From Oopsacas minuta (taxonomy: Eukaryota > Animalia > Porifera), in assembly GCA_024704765.1 (NCBI GenBank), contig JAKMXF010000296.1, positions 195,307 to 259,306 on the forward strand: a stretch of 64,000 nt of DNA, in the 5' to 3' direction. The notes beneath the pieces were generated by a model. The model worked only from the letters and a program-made list of their open reading frames with translations. It did no database searches and was not told the origin of the DNA. Below are positions 26,166-40,386 of the stretch, one piece after another. How positions within the stretch are numbered: the first letter of the stretch is position 1; each line of letters starts with the position of its first letter. The translations under genes and the position numbers were made by a program.

Positions 26166-27594
26166 GATATATAAATATGCAAAAACAAAAGTTGTAAAAG
26201 AGATTTGGAGATATAGTTCCTAAATAAATTAAGATAATTTTGAGAATAATAATATAGATTTCATGTTCATTGCTTCTTCAATAAATTCTCACAGAACTTT
26301 GCTTCAAAATAGCTATAGAGTCATTTCTGTTAGTTAGGTATATAGATGACTATAGAATATTGATATTGTGAAATCCCAAATCCTTCGGAATATAATCCAG
26401 CTTTTAAACGTGACTTGATTACAGGAAAGGTAATATAATTTTCCATACAATCCGACTGTCGATACATATACGCATATTCTTGCAGTTGTGATTCTTCAAA
26501 TTTGTCAATCTATTCGCATATTTAGATGAGATCTCACAAAATTCAAAATCAATTTATATAAAAATATGATTAAATATAATGAATAGCTTTATATTCCGAG
26601 TCAAAATCGTAGATAATATATCCATAAAATGAAGTATAGCTATGTGGGCGGAAGTATCTACTGGCACAGGTATTAATGGTCCTCACTCTCACTCTTTTAG
26701 CACTAATATTCAAGGACTACACCTCTATCCTTAGGGTTAAATACAGTGGGAGAAGCATGTAAATATAGCAAATACATATTCAATAATATTGTAAAAGGAT
26801 AAATACCATTACATTTCTACAAAACGAGCCGCTTTGCTTGCTCGGGCTGCGGGCTTGGAAAGACTGTTTTCGCATGGGATTCGGCACTTCGAGCCCGAAA
26901 TTAGTAAAGAAAAATTGCAAATTGAATAAATAAATAAATATTTCAACAATTTGTTTACTATATAAAAATAAAAAGACAAATAATGTATAAAAGAGAAATT
27001 TGATATTCAAATTCGGATCAACGTACTTGATTACCCCTATATGTCCGTTGAAAGCAAGTCTCTGAGTATATCTCAAGATATCAGCTATTTGTTCAGTTTA
27101 TATAGGTAAAAACAACAAATAAATATTATATGATTAATTCGAAAGTGTGAAAATTGAAATCAACACACTCAATTACCCCAATGTAATTGTTTACTTTCCT
27201 ATATCATAAACAGGAGGATATGTTATTTCTTATATTTTAATGCACACCATCTTACCCAATCAATACAAAGTGGACAATCAAACACACAAATGCACACACA
27301 ACAATTGAGTTTTAATGATATAGATTAATAAACTCAAGTTAAGTCGATTTCTGAGTTAATTGAGGGGGTTTACAACATATGTTAAAGGTTCAAAGATTAT
27401 TTAAGTACTCGCAATGCATAATTCTAATCACACTAATAATTCTACTGCAATTTAGTGTTTTCACTAATTATCTAGTTTGTAAATATCGAATTTTCACTGC
27501 ATACATTGAAACAATTGATTAGGTTGCAATTAATAATAGATATTTTATTGAGATACTTTAGAGTTAGTACGAGTTGGCAATGATTACCTAAATT

Positions 27595-27985
27595 CTAAAT
27601 AGAAACCATTTGAAGTTTGCTACATAATTGATCTAAACTTGATCCATTACCAAAAAACCAGCCCGACGAGTTCCAGCAGGCCCAAAACACCCAAATATCT
27701 ATATTAAATAACAAGGAATATGCAAATATCTCTAAGTCAGTAGCCAATTTCCCAATCATATTCATCCCCATTTCATTTACCCAATCCTGAATATTCCTAA
27801 AATCAACTTTAGTATAACCATAATTACTAGATAAAAAGTATTATAACTTGCGCTCAATTTACAAAGCATATATTCAACGATAATTGCGAATAATTCTTTA
27901 TGATATGTTTTACTAACAATTATCAAATAAGAAATTGTAGAAAAATTACAATTCCATTACCTGATATAGTTCCCTTTATTCTAAG
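27595..27985 (-). pseudogene. OTU-like cysteine protease domain relic (transposon-associated)
   Basis: With two frameshifts: ISGNG(N)C.FSTISYLI..SKTYHKELFAIIVEYM, then ATDLEIFAYSLLFNIDIWVF..GWFFGNGSSL. This matches the OTU GDGNCLF..S and ATDxEI motifs. Confidence 0.6.
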
Positions 27986-30900
27986 ATTATACACATATAA
28001 TCCTTCACCATCATCATCAATTAAATTATCCAAAGAATAGACAATCTGATTACTATAATGTAGTTTCCATTTGTTACAGGTAGTAATTTCCCATTCACTG
28101 TGTAGTGTACGAAAGCTAGGTAAAATACATCGTTCTAACTATTCTTCTTAGGTAATAATTGAGGCAGTCTCAATATCTGGTGATTAGCATATCTTCTGGT
28201 GATTTGCAAATCTTTAAAACTACTTATAATTAACTGTAACGCAGACAACTTCTGACGCATAATAGGGATTAACTTATTTTTACTACAGGTTGATCTCTAT
28301 TAAATTGATGCAATGTTTTTGACTTTACATAGCCACAATGCTGTTCCTCTTTCCTAGAGCATTCTTCGGTAGATTTTTCTTAAGAAATATCCCGTATTCA
28401 CTTACGACCATTAAAACTTTCTTTATCTCTGAGAAGAAAAGCTACATTGAAATCGGAAATTCTACTATTCATACTGGATATAATACTCTAATGAAATCTC
28501 CAGGTCTCAATTTTGATTTCGAAATTAAATATTTAATTGCACTATACGCATCCAGTTCTCTACCATGGCGTTATTAAAATACGAAAAAATATTTCAGCCT
28601 AAACTGTGGGAACATACACCACTACATAATGTGAGAATAGGTGAGTAGTAAATTAATATACAGTCTATAAGATTAGCGTAATAGCAAGGCTTCGAAACAA
28701 ATGCTTTGGTGTGATATTGTTGAGAGCATTTTCACATTGTTTACTTATATATGCACAATGTTTATCAAATGGGGAGATCTGTCCCTAAGGGCCTACCATC
28801 CTCAATATCGATGGGACCATTATCACTGCCCTCATTGTCTAAACTTCCACTTGTATCATGTGAAGGATAATAAATAATAGACAATAAAATAATGCTCTAA
28901 TGTTTAAATATTAGTTAATACATGTTAATTTAGATATTTACTCTGGAAACACATAATACAAGGACTTAAACACAGAAAATATTTGAGTAATAATAAAGTT
29001 AGCACAACGCACGAGATATCCAAAGGAATACAAAAAGAACTTTCTCACTTTGTGTTAACATAAAATTTCGGTTAGTATGAAAGCCAATACCATGCATAAT
29101 ATAAGTAGAACATAAATGGTGAAGAAGTACACACGCTATGGATTAAACTAATACGACCACGAAAATGTGTAATTATATGACTGCCAAATGGTTGTAAAAT
29201 CTGTTTTTAGTGCTGGAATTGGCTAAAACAAAAAGGTAAGATGCTAGTTATCCTTTTGATTACAATGTAAAATCAGCCGTGATCGGATATTTTGGAGTAA
29301 GAGAATATTGTTATATCATGACGCAGTCAATTTGGGCCTTATTAGGCCACATTGTGCGATAGTTGACAAAGCAAAGATAGGCTCCGGCAATGCCGGGTTG
29401 TTTTCAAAGTAAGAGAGCTTTGCTCTCTCAGTTTCGTGGAAAATTACTTCCCAAATCAACATTTAAAGTAACAACTACATATAGCAATATATTCCAATCA
29501 ATCTTGGTTGACTAAAAATTCGAAAAGTCTTGATTGAAATTTGCCCATTTTGCAATTAATAGCTATATTTTAAGGGAAATCATAGGTAGGTGCCAAAATT
29601 TGATGAATGAAAATTCAAATTAAATACATACAATACTGTTTTGGGGAATATTTAGGAGAAAAAAGCCCCAATTAGCGGATTATTAATCAAAAATCGGTCA
29701 GGGCCCAACTTCAATAAATCTCTGGAAAATATATCGGAGACTTTGTCTCTGCATTTCTACTAGCAAAATATGGCCACAAAATATGTATTTTTATGATGTC
29801 ATAAAGGTGCTAAAATCTCGCTTTTGGTGCGTGAATTGGTTTAAATGAAGTGTTAATACTTTACTTTTCACAGTGGTTTGAGGCACGGAATAGGGAAAAT
29901 ATTGACAGTCATGTAATCATGTTTTCAAACTTCGAATATGTCCGCCATTACTTACTTTCTATGCAATCCAAAAATAAATTTGATTGAACGCCTATAGTGC
30001 ATACGCTGGCTTGTCAAAGCCAATGGAATTTATATTACGAAAATGTATAATTGCGGTTTGAAAATATTCATTAAATTCATCTGGCTGCTTTTGATATATT
30101 ATCTATATTTTTGCTATTTCTTCTTCCACAGACTAAATATAACATTTCCTCATTGAGTTGAAAAGTCAACTCACCTTATATTAGAAACAAGAGAGCAATA
30201 ATATCTTCTATATACGAGGATTTCTATATATTCGTGTACGATAGGCATACCGAGAGTTGACTGTGAAACATACAAAGTATTAAGAAGATACTCAAATGAT
30301 TGAATTGAAAAGAATACTAATTAGGACTGTTCTAATGAAGAAAATTTGCTGAAGAAATAAAGTTGAAGAATATCAAAAGAATTAATGCCGTGAAAAACGA
30401 TAGAAATCAATTAAAGTGTTGCAAGATGCTTATTGAAAGATATTTACATTCATAATTCGAATTAATTACAAAGTTTTAGACTCAAACTGACATAACTCAT
30501 CCAAATAATTGATAAGGAATACATGTTACATAAAGAATTTTTCATGGTGAGAAAATATACACTAAGATTATTTAAGTAATCAATACATTGATACAAAGCA
30601 TACAAATCATCTAGAACAATATCGTCATCTATGTAATTCCTATGTAAAGTGCGGGGCCACAAAAATTATTGAAAAAAATTCTTTAAACTTCAAATTTGAT
30701 GTACACAATGTACCAAGTCAGAAATACGATTAACAGGATAAATTGTTATCACAAATATTTTTAGGAGATATGAATAAAAAACCTTGAACAAATATAATGC
30801 GAAATTGCTTACTCATCGTGAAATATTTCGTGATTTACTGATAATATATTTTGATGTCATATCACAGAAGATGATGAAATCATTTTATGAATTTTACAAA

Positions 30901-33829
30901 TTTTAAAGACATTGACATACACGACCATATCTACTCTATCGACTGACATGCGAATTGGGCCGATTGATGACTATTTGATCAGAGAAAACATGTTTGAACT
31001 CGCCGAAATTTGACAGTCCCATCTGGCATTATTTCCTAATTTCAACTTTGGACGAATTTATCTCAGCAACCTTTTGGAATACACTTATGAAAATTCAAAG
31101 GCATACACGACTCTCAAATACATGTATGCTATTTAGAAACAAATTCGTAATCAAATTTGGAGTTTTGTGACTAAAGCCAAGCACTAAATTTGTCTCAAAA
31201 GAAATTAGGTAAAAGCAAAATAAGCGAAAATAGATATTTTGGGGAGACGACAAACTCACATCTATCGAATGATAAATATTTCATGCAAATTTTACAATTA
31301 AAAGTCAATCAAATGAAGTGACCCCGTATGAATACAAAGATAACTTCACACTCGTCCCAGACCATGACAAATTTCATGACAAGTATTTATAGCCGTACGG
31401 AATTCATGTCAATACAGTGAAATATTGACAACAATTGTAAACAGAATATTTACGGTTCGCTTCGTCAACTTTCCAAGCAAATTTCTAAGATATGAAGTTC
31501 TCAAAACTTAGTTTCCTATCTCAGATTTACTCCACTTGGTCTATAAAATCACCTGGGACTTGTCTAGCTGATCCCGATTAAATCGCTTGCGACGAGAATT
31601 ATAGGCTCAAAGTATGGGTATCTTGGGAGGCCTGGATGGTTAACCGCAATTATTGAAATTCTTTAACCGTATCATCAATTCGGATTACCAGCCCAACACT
31701 GGATTTTGTTTCAGGAACTTGGTGACAATGACTGAACTATTCTATTTACAAAATATAAATCATCATATGAAATATTATGAAAAGATAACTCAACAGGCAA
31801 TCTAAGTAATGACAAAAAGGTGTGGAACTACTGTGATATATATATGTATCAAAATGTAATTATTGGGCACAGTTTATATGCTATTTTGGTCATGCAACAG
31901 TTTGAACGTTATTATACAATACATACATATATTACATTCGATTATTCGAACTACTACAGATTGTAACAATACGGACAACTCAGAACGTGGAACTCCCATG
32001 GTATTGCGTTACACTACTTAGTACAGTCGTTAGGGCAGATTACCAAGAGCAAATTGTAAGAAAAATCAGTACTATCGCATTGTTTGGGAAGAATTTATGT
32101 AGTCATCAGATAGTACTAGAGAAAGTGAAAAACTTTATCCTCAATCAGCGTAAAGTTTCCCGTCATTTATGTGGTCATATGGCCATATTTTGGTGAGAAT
32201 GTGTTAAATTCCATCCTCAAAACTCATTTAAACATGTATAGATACCACAATGTCTGACGCGAGTAGACAAATTGTGTCTTGTTATGTACATATAGACCAT
32301 CAAATGACCTTAAAACTCGCTATCGGTCTCCGGGACCTGTTAGTTCTTTAATATTTTTCAAATCCTTTTACAAATACGATATCATCTTGTTTTTGTGGGA
32401 TAAAGATTAACTATAAATATAAAATGTAGTATTAAGACGTAAAATCGAGGAAATAGATCTAGTTATTGATGCTAGGTTAATTAGAAAAATTTCAGGTAAA
32501 ATTTCCAACTAAATATTCTGAATACTTGCACAAATATAATTCGTGTCAATGGGGATAATACAAATTCTATCAAATGGAAACTCGGTTTATTGTGCAAAAT
32601 AGGCAGAGGTGATAGTTGGAAACAATGTAAATAGTTTCCAGTGGATAGAATTCGTAATATTCTCATTAAAAGAGTCATGCAATTATTCAGAATGTCAGAA
32701 CAAATAACCAGATCAAATACGTCAATCTAAGTGCGAATAATTAATCATACATTTATAGCTATTCTCTCACTCTAGAAAAACTAAGATGAAGTCATGTCCG
32801 AGCAAGAAATGTGTGAAAAATAGCAACGAAATTAAGACTACGTGTGCCGATACTGTAAAACCTAGTTAAAAAGTGATTTAAGGGATAATGGTCACTCGAT
32901 AGGTTTGGGTAAGTTTTAAGAATAGAATTTGAAAGAATCTTGAGACTTTTTGTATCATGGAAAATCATTCCAAAATAAGACAATGTGACTACTTAAATGC
33001 AGGGATGCCTATCCAATACCTTTGAGCGATCGATGTTTTTAATAACAATCCAATCGATATCGAAAACCAAGAAATTCTTCGCTTTTTCAGTGATAAGTAT
33101 CGATAAATTCATCATAATTCCAATCAATCTGATAATTTCTTTTTCAAATACTCTATACGTAGATATAAATTACTCCATGCGAAAGGATAAGCGATAATCA
33201 TACGTACTTATACGTTAATCTAAAATTCACGGAAAGTATATCGAAAAATATGATGCAAATTCGATGACAAATATCAATAGATGATTATCTAGATTATGTT
33301 ATAATAGCATCCCTGCTTAAACGACGAAATTTAAAGCTGATTACAAAAATATATAGAATAATGTGATCGGAATTCATCATAGAAGATATTTGAATTTCTT
33401 CCCCTTTCTAGTGCTATCTGGTGATTATCCGAAATTCATAGACAAATTTTCCCAAGAGCGGATATTTACGGATTTTGGATGTGTTATAGAACGCAGGGTA
33501 GCGCAAATTTCGTTCGAATCAGGCAGCATAATCGTAGAAAATATATGAGGACAAATCAACATAAAGAGCATAGATCCAGTAGCAAACTGAAATTGTGAAT
33601 TCCTTTGATGCTGAAAGTGAATTATCATACGAGAATTATTAAACATACCTCATTAACACTGTTGCTAATTATGACTCTACAATGCCTTTTTGGTCGAATA
33701 AGCTTTGAAACTTGAGAAAATAAACAAGTTTGAGAATTCTAATATATATATAATTGAAATTTTAGGACATGACCATATACCTACATCAAAATGTGTAATT
33801 GAGTCAAAACTACATAATGTAATTTAACA

Positions 33830-34270
33830 ATGTAGGAATAAGGCCTAATATGATCAATCTAGGAAAAAGATATAAATAATTCTGAAGTCGGAATAAGACC
33901 TAAAACTAACATCCATGAAATAAATTTATTTACACATTATGTGGTATCTCATATTTTGTAATATTTTGAATTTATTGATCACTTTTCATAGCATTAGCGA
34001 TGGATCTGGAACCTGGAAGTTGTCCAAAACTTTCCTTGACGTCTCTAATTATGTCCGAGCCTATATAACTCACTAGGATGTTTTGGAATGGATATTCTTT
34101 GATTTACATAATTAGGTGGGCCTTAGCGGAGAATATGAACATCTCAGTAAACTACTTGGATTGCAGTTCAGAATTCTTTTAGGCCTTATTCCTACATTGA
34201 TCATTTACGTCTTATCCCTGATAGATAATTTTAGGTGTTATTCCTACTTCAAATCAGGTCCTATTCCGGC
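33830..34270. repeat. MITE-like inverted repeat with GGAATAAG(G/A)CCTA subrepeats
   Basis: TGTAGGAATAAGGCCTAA (33831-33848) is the exact inverse of TTAGGCCTTATTCCTACA (~34180-34197). Related units lie at ~33887 and ~34229-34265. Confidence 0.55.
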
Positions 34271-34277
34271 GACCCGA

Positions 34278-35681
34278 AATTGGTGCATCTAACTAGAAGT
34301 AGTTCACAGATGAATTTAGTATGCTTATACAATGTATTTTTCCTGATAATGGTTAAGGACTCCTGCTGTATGGATGTTTATGTGTTTAAAATATTATGTT
34401 AATATAATCAAAACCTTTTGAGATAATGGTTTGAAAACTGTCTTGTTTGAGTTGAGTCTCTATTAGATTTGTAGTACACGAATATAATAAATAATTTTTA
34501 TACAAAATAATCACATAACATCTGTGTGTTAATCGAGTGAATAATCGATCCATCAGTCTCGCCTCCAGAAAACTATAGATTTCATACCGTGGAATTCGCT
34601 TTCTCCATGTCCACAATCTCTAGAAAGTACAACAAAAATCATTGGTAGGGAGTAAGAGTCCCGACTTCTTCTCAATAGAGATTACCAGCGCCAGCATTAC
34701 AAACTGCCACAATTTATCGAGTTATCGTCCATTATCCTGGAATCTGCATCTTCTTTTCATGATAGGTTAATAATAATTTGGTCTTCAGCTGCATCTGACT
34801 TATCTCATTAAGATGATTTGAGAGATGAGCAATATAGTATCGACCTTTGCGAATGTAATGATAGTAATAGTTTAGTCGAATGGTATCATTACACCTATCA
34901 CAGGGCTCAGTTATGGATTGAAGGTTGTAACTTTTAACGTTATCGGAATCCAAAATTTAAGAAAATTTATGGGCATTGGAAAGTATCGAAATTGCACAGT
35001 GTAGTATATTCGCTAATAAAAATCCAAAAAGTCAGTATGAACATCAAGTCGTTGAGCAGAGAACCTTGTTGCTAATGTGGATAGTTCTATATAAGATTGA
35101 TTGTAAATCAACTATTTTGTTTGAGAATAAGTACTTGCTGCTGACAAAAGATCAGAAGAGTATATTAATTCATTGGGTGGCCAAATTGCGAGAACAGTTT
35201 TCATGTACTGGTACTGAGGCATTTAAAGCTGTCTATACGAATTGCATGAATGCTAAAATATGTAGAATAGGAATTTCTCTGGATTGCCTTGGAAATACTC
35301 CTCAACTCTTCCGGTTGATGAGGATTTTAAGAGGAAGATCCTATCAAGTGTAATAATATTATCACATATATAGTTCATGACGAAATAGTGGGTTATCTGA
35401 CCTCAATTAGCTTACTCATTATGCACCTATCATCGGTTTTCTCCCGGCCCTCCAGTCGGGTCCTGGTAATAAGTGAGGATTTATGGAGGAATTGACCGCA
35501 AAGTCCGGGCATTTGATATCTAGACTTATTTCATTACATAAGTAAAGATTATTTGTCCCTAGTAAACAACAAAAGAGATAAGACAGGGATACGACATTAG
35601 AAATGGTGCTGACCATGGGAAGTTAGTCAATTTAACAGTTAAAGTACTGCTTGTTGAATATTCAGCCAACTTCACACTGCT
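34278..35681. mobile_element. Older, internally deleted copy of the long-TIR element at 55337-59090
   Basis: 34278-34490 resembles the TIR arm (55505-55715). 34520-34765 is the reverse complement of 57375-57620. 35445-35492 matches the reverse complement of ~57265-57310. 35608-35681 matches the outer right arm (~59020-59090). Confidence 0.8.
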
Positions 35682-35990
35682 GACATAATTACCGTATATT
35701 ACCATTTGTTTCCTTCGTTTAAATTTATAAAAATTAAATATCAAACTGGATTCAAGTTTAACTATATAATATCATCCTGGAAGGTTGCCAAATCTGACCA
35801 CAATTTTGAATATATAAAATATTCGGGATAAAACACAACGCGTCATGACATTAACTTAGTTTTTTTAGTTCAAGAAGTAACAAAAATGGTTATGGATATG
35901 AACTTTTATGAAAAAACTGGATAGTCTATTAAGCGTATTCTATTAAGTGGGATCCACTTTACAGCCAATTCTTCCAAAATACTGAATATA

Positions 35991-37012
35991 CAGTTTGTCC
36001 CGAAAGTTTTTTCCTATTAGATAAATACCTATATAATTAGTGTCACGTGTCATAGGCGTTTAATTACTTTCGGATATAACCTCCATTCAAATCTACACAT
36101 TTTCTCATTCTGGCTGGCATCCCATCTTTCAATTTTCGAAGTAAGTCCGGATTGATACTAAACCACAGAGTTTAGAGGTATTTTTCCAGCATATCAAAAT
36201 TTGTCGCTGATGGCATCTCTAACAAGCTCTGCCTAACGACAGCCCACAAATTCTCAATCGGAGAAAGATCAGGCAAGTTGCCTGGCCATATTTCCCTCCC
36301 CAGCAACCAATAAAATTCAATTGACACCATTCCTAGCTCAATTCTGATGAGTGCGCAGGGGCTCCATCTTGTTGAAAGATTGATTTTGACATGATTTCAC
36401 AAAATCTTCTCTGCAAAATAGGTCCTCTCAATCGCTTACGATCAAAGGCAGCTTTACATGGCCCAGCTAGTAGGTTATCAACATAATATTTTGCATTTAC
36501 AGTGCATTTATGAGGAAGAATGTGCAGTTCTGACACAGCATTAGCCGACATTACTATTAATTTTGGAGGAAACTTCACTGTCAAGATGGAGGAATATTTC
36601 TAGCACTGGAGTCCCAAACGCAGTCTGTTTGTTGATTTGAAGGTGCACAAAGATGAAATGGAGATTCGTCAAAGAAATTGACATTGCTTACTCCTTAGCT
36701 GACCAATTGAGTCATTTTTACAAAATGTTAGTCGATGAACCAATTGTTTTTCTGTCAATCTCAGATTTCGGGGCCCTTGAAACATTTGAGAACGTAGGCA
36801 TGCCTTCAAATAGCGATGTACTACCGTCTTCGATTTGTAATTACAAAATAATTCGAGAAGAATATAATGCCTTTGGGAAAATGATAAGTCACCCTTCTCT
36901 AAATACACATGTCAATCATAAAATAATACATAGCTTAGTTAGTGAGATTATTTGAACTAAGCGTCTATAATATAATATATAATGCAATAGCAAAAAACTT
37001 AGGGTCCTACTG
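35991..37012 (-). mobile_element. Tc1-like (DD37E-type) element, internally deleted
   Basis: Motifs DESPFHL, VKFPPKLIVM, IFQQDGAPAH and WPGNLPDLSPIENLW are related to the element at 45115-46458. Degenerate TA-flanked CAGT termini. Confidence 0.75.
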
Positions 37013-37512
37013 TACACAGTGATAACCACAGCGTTTGAAATTGAGCTCCTTACTGGGGTGTGACTACCACTGAGGCAGAGGAAGAAACTGCCAACCTTCT
37101 GTTTGTTTCATCCAATCGCCTTGTGATCAGTCAATTTACTCAGTGAGAACTACTCACATAGGTGTGCGTATTTTCCGTGTTCCCATTAATTGTGTTCTTA
37201 TTGAGTATTGGGAAGGGCCTGAAGGCATACTTGCCAACTTTCCAGGGATTTAACAGTATATGCAGGGAAAATATTGGATGTTTCTCGCAATTTCTGACAA
37301 AATAGTGAAATTGTATATTATTAGCAAATAAAACTAATAATCCGGGGAAAAATTGAAAATCCAGGGACTTGAATATAAACAGCCAGGGAAATAGTCAGAA
37401 AGGGTGGGATATGAAGGGTGTCATGAGAGTATGAATATAATATATTTATTAAATTATTGGATAATATCTCACAACTATTCCAATACAGTGTATAAATACA
37501 GATATTTCTATA

Positions 37513-39600
37513 CAGTAGAAGCTCGCAAACCGAGGCACTCGCAAACAGGGGCACCTCCCAAACAGGGGCACCTTCCATCAATCTTGGTTTTCCCACCTAA
37601 ATTTCTCTCTCAAACCGGGGCAAAGCTCGCAAACCGGGGCGCCTTGTTTCCATTGTATCTGTGCCCTTAGTCTTCATTGTATCCAGCCCTTAGGATGCAC
37701 TAAGCTGTATAAATTGTAGTCAATCAATTCTGGACAACAAACCGTTGAACAGAGAACAACCAAATTATATTAATTGCTTAGTTTTCCTTTTTACTATAAA
37801 AACCACATGTCTACTATCAAATCTTCACACAAGTCTGCCCTAACCATCGGATAACGACACAATGCTCTTAGGATGTTGGAGGATGGCAAGAGTGAGCGTA
37901 TAGTGGCTGAATTCTTCAATGTGGGTAGGGAACAATTAACCGTATCAAATCCAATCGCGTGGCCATTCAGTTACATATAGACGAAACAGGTGAAATCCCT
38001 GAGAACATCAGGAAACGAAAGCACCCTGTTGTTGTTCCCATGTAAGAAGATATCGAGACTGCTGTTATTGAATTCCTGAAATTAGCACGAGATCGAGGAG
38101 TGGCCGTAACTGGCCCTATGCTTCGTACTCTAGCTGAGAGAGAAGCTAGTGCAAATGGAGTTGAGGGATTTAAGGCTTCAGAGGGATGGCTTTCGAGAGT
38201 GAAGGCGCGTCATGGAATCTGCGGAAGAGCAGTTAGCGGTGATGCAGCAGGTGTTGAAAAGGTGGTTCCCAAGAATTGGGAAGAGGACTTGCCAAGGATC
38301 ATTGGGTCTTATAAGCCGGAAGATATCTATAACCTAGATGAAAACTGGGTTATATTTCAGGGCAACAACTACCAAGTCCCTTGTTTTTCCTAAAGATACC
38401 GCACATGGTATTAAACAGGACAAATCTCGCCTCACTCTCATGGTCTGTATATCCATGCTTGGTGAAAAAGAGAAACTACTCCTGATATGGAGGAGCGAGA
38501 AACCAAGGGCTTTGAAAGGTGCAGACATGTCCAAATTACCTGTTGTGTATAAGGCTCAGAGGAAGGCATGGATGACTGGTCTTATATTTTGCTCTTGGAT
38601 GAAGGACTTCGACAACAGAATGTACAAATCAGGTAGGAAAATCCTAATGTTCATGGACAATGCAAGTGTCCACAAAGCCTCTGATGAGCTTAGTTTAAAA
38701 GCAGTGCAGCTCGCACATTTCTCTTGCAACACCACGAGTTGCACCCAACCATTAGATGCCGGTATTATCCAGTCTCTCAAATTGCTATATCGTAAACAGG
38801 TGGATGAGCATCTATTGACACATATGGTGAATATTGACACCATAAATAAACCCAACGATGACCCTTACAAAATGATTGCAATAGCTCTTGCTATAGTTTG
38901 GGCATCTCGAGCCTGGAATCAAGTGAATGCCCGAACGATCTCAAAATGCTTTTCAAAGTGCGGGTTTGGAGTTGCAACTGTTGTCCCCGAGCTACCCATG
39001 ATCATAAATCCAGAGGAGATTCAAATTCAGCTAGAAGAAAGTGACGAATGTGGGATTTTTCCCCCTGTAATCAGTCCTGAAGAGCTCTTTGAGGAAGCGT
39101 TAATTAATGTGACCCAAAGGCTAAACGTCGGTGAGAAAGATTGTGGAATTGAATGTGATTCTGAGGGTGATCTATCTGAAGCTTTTCCTACCCCGACTTC
39201 AAAATCCCCACTAGAAGCTATTCGAGTGCTTCAGATGTATGCCTTGGGTTGTGGTGATGAGGAAGTTCTTAGGGGAAATTTTAAAGCTTGAAAACTACTT
39301 GTTGGTAGTAGCTGCAAGACACACTCAAGAACAAAAACAGTCCCAAATTAGTGATTACTTCGCCAGTGATCATAAGTAAGCCCAATATTGGGTTCGAATA
39401 TTCGATTATATTACCATTTATTGACTAGCAATATAGATATTTGTTGGAATAATCTATTAAAAAATGTAATCATGTCTATTTAAGTGAAAAGAAGTCTAGA
39501 CTGTAGCATAATCCAAATTCATTTTGAAAATATTGTGAAGCTCGCAAACCGGGGCACTATTCAGAAAAGCCAAGGTGCCACGGTTTGCGAGCTTCTACTG
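37513..39600 (+). mobile_element. pogo/Tigger-family transposon (CENP-B HTH + DDE_1, DD32D), frameshifted
   Basis: TA-flanked 26-bp TIRs CAGTAGAAGCTCGCAAACCG(A/T)GGCAC. Motifs GFKASEGWLSRVKARHGI, YNLDE/TGLYF, FMDNASVH and TQPLDAGII. There is a stop in the N-terminal HTH and a frameshift near 38340. Confidence 0.95.
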
Positions 39601-39843
39601 TAATAACTTCCAGCTGCTACCCTTGACTTGCCTATTCGATTCTATATTATCCTATACAGCTACCCTATTAATCAGGTACTATTATGCTTTCGAAACAAAG
39701 GGAACCACAAACATATTCATTTTTCGTCAGCATATCCGATATTTCTTACCGGGTGGTCCAAATAAACGGCCCAATATTTTCTGTTAACTTTAAAATATTA
39801 ATGAAACAAAGTAATAATACTCGAAAGATTATATTTAAACATA

Positions 39844-39941
39844 CCGTAATAATTCGAATAGTAGTCCTTATTCAAATAATCGCCTACCTAAGAGGGGGTT
39901 AAAATTAATAAACGCCCCGGCTACTATTAGAATAAATACGG
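39844..39941. repeat. Small TA-flanked MITE (pogo-like termini)
   Basis: TA|CCGTAATAATTCGAATAGTAG versus the inverse TA|CCGTATTTATTCTAATAGTAG. Confidence 0.6.
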
Positions 39942-40386
39942 TATGTTAGATATTCCAAAGACGAAGTAATAAAGAATTCGATAGAAGTCTTGTAAGTTCA
40001 GAGAGTTTTTGAAACGCTCAAGATTATTACACAAAAAATTTTGCATATTCGATGTCAAAAAAAGTGCACTGGAAATTGAGAACTAGGGTTGGGTTAAGAA
40101 ATTTCAGACTGAGACAACTGTTAAAAACCCAACACTAAATCCAAATACCGTACAAGTCATTCCGAATGAAATATACCATATACAAATTTCATAGGCTGTC
40201 GTTTACAGTGGCATGAAATTGTCAAAATATGAAAATAGAGATATGCGCTACTAATCATTATAAGGTTAATAACTATAGATGCTATGTAATTCAGTGGGAC
40301 AATTTGTGGGACTATTTTTACGATTGCTCCCATCTAATAGTCAAATTTAAAAAGTTATTGTACCTATATTAATTTCAGAGCATATT

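Noticed and set aside
28000-28270. Ig-like or exon-like peptide on the minus strand (VHYTVNGKLLPVTNGNY)
   Set aside because: Broken frames with no Cys/Trp Ig signature; more likely the upstream part of the OTU-bearing relic.
34995-35024. CACAGTG followed by ATAAAAATC
   Set aside because: The spacer is 14 bp and the site lies inside another element. It illustrates the chance rate of RSS-like hits (other heptamers at 3444, 28097, 29869 and 37015 have no nonamer).
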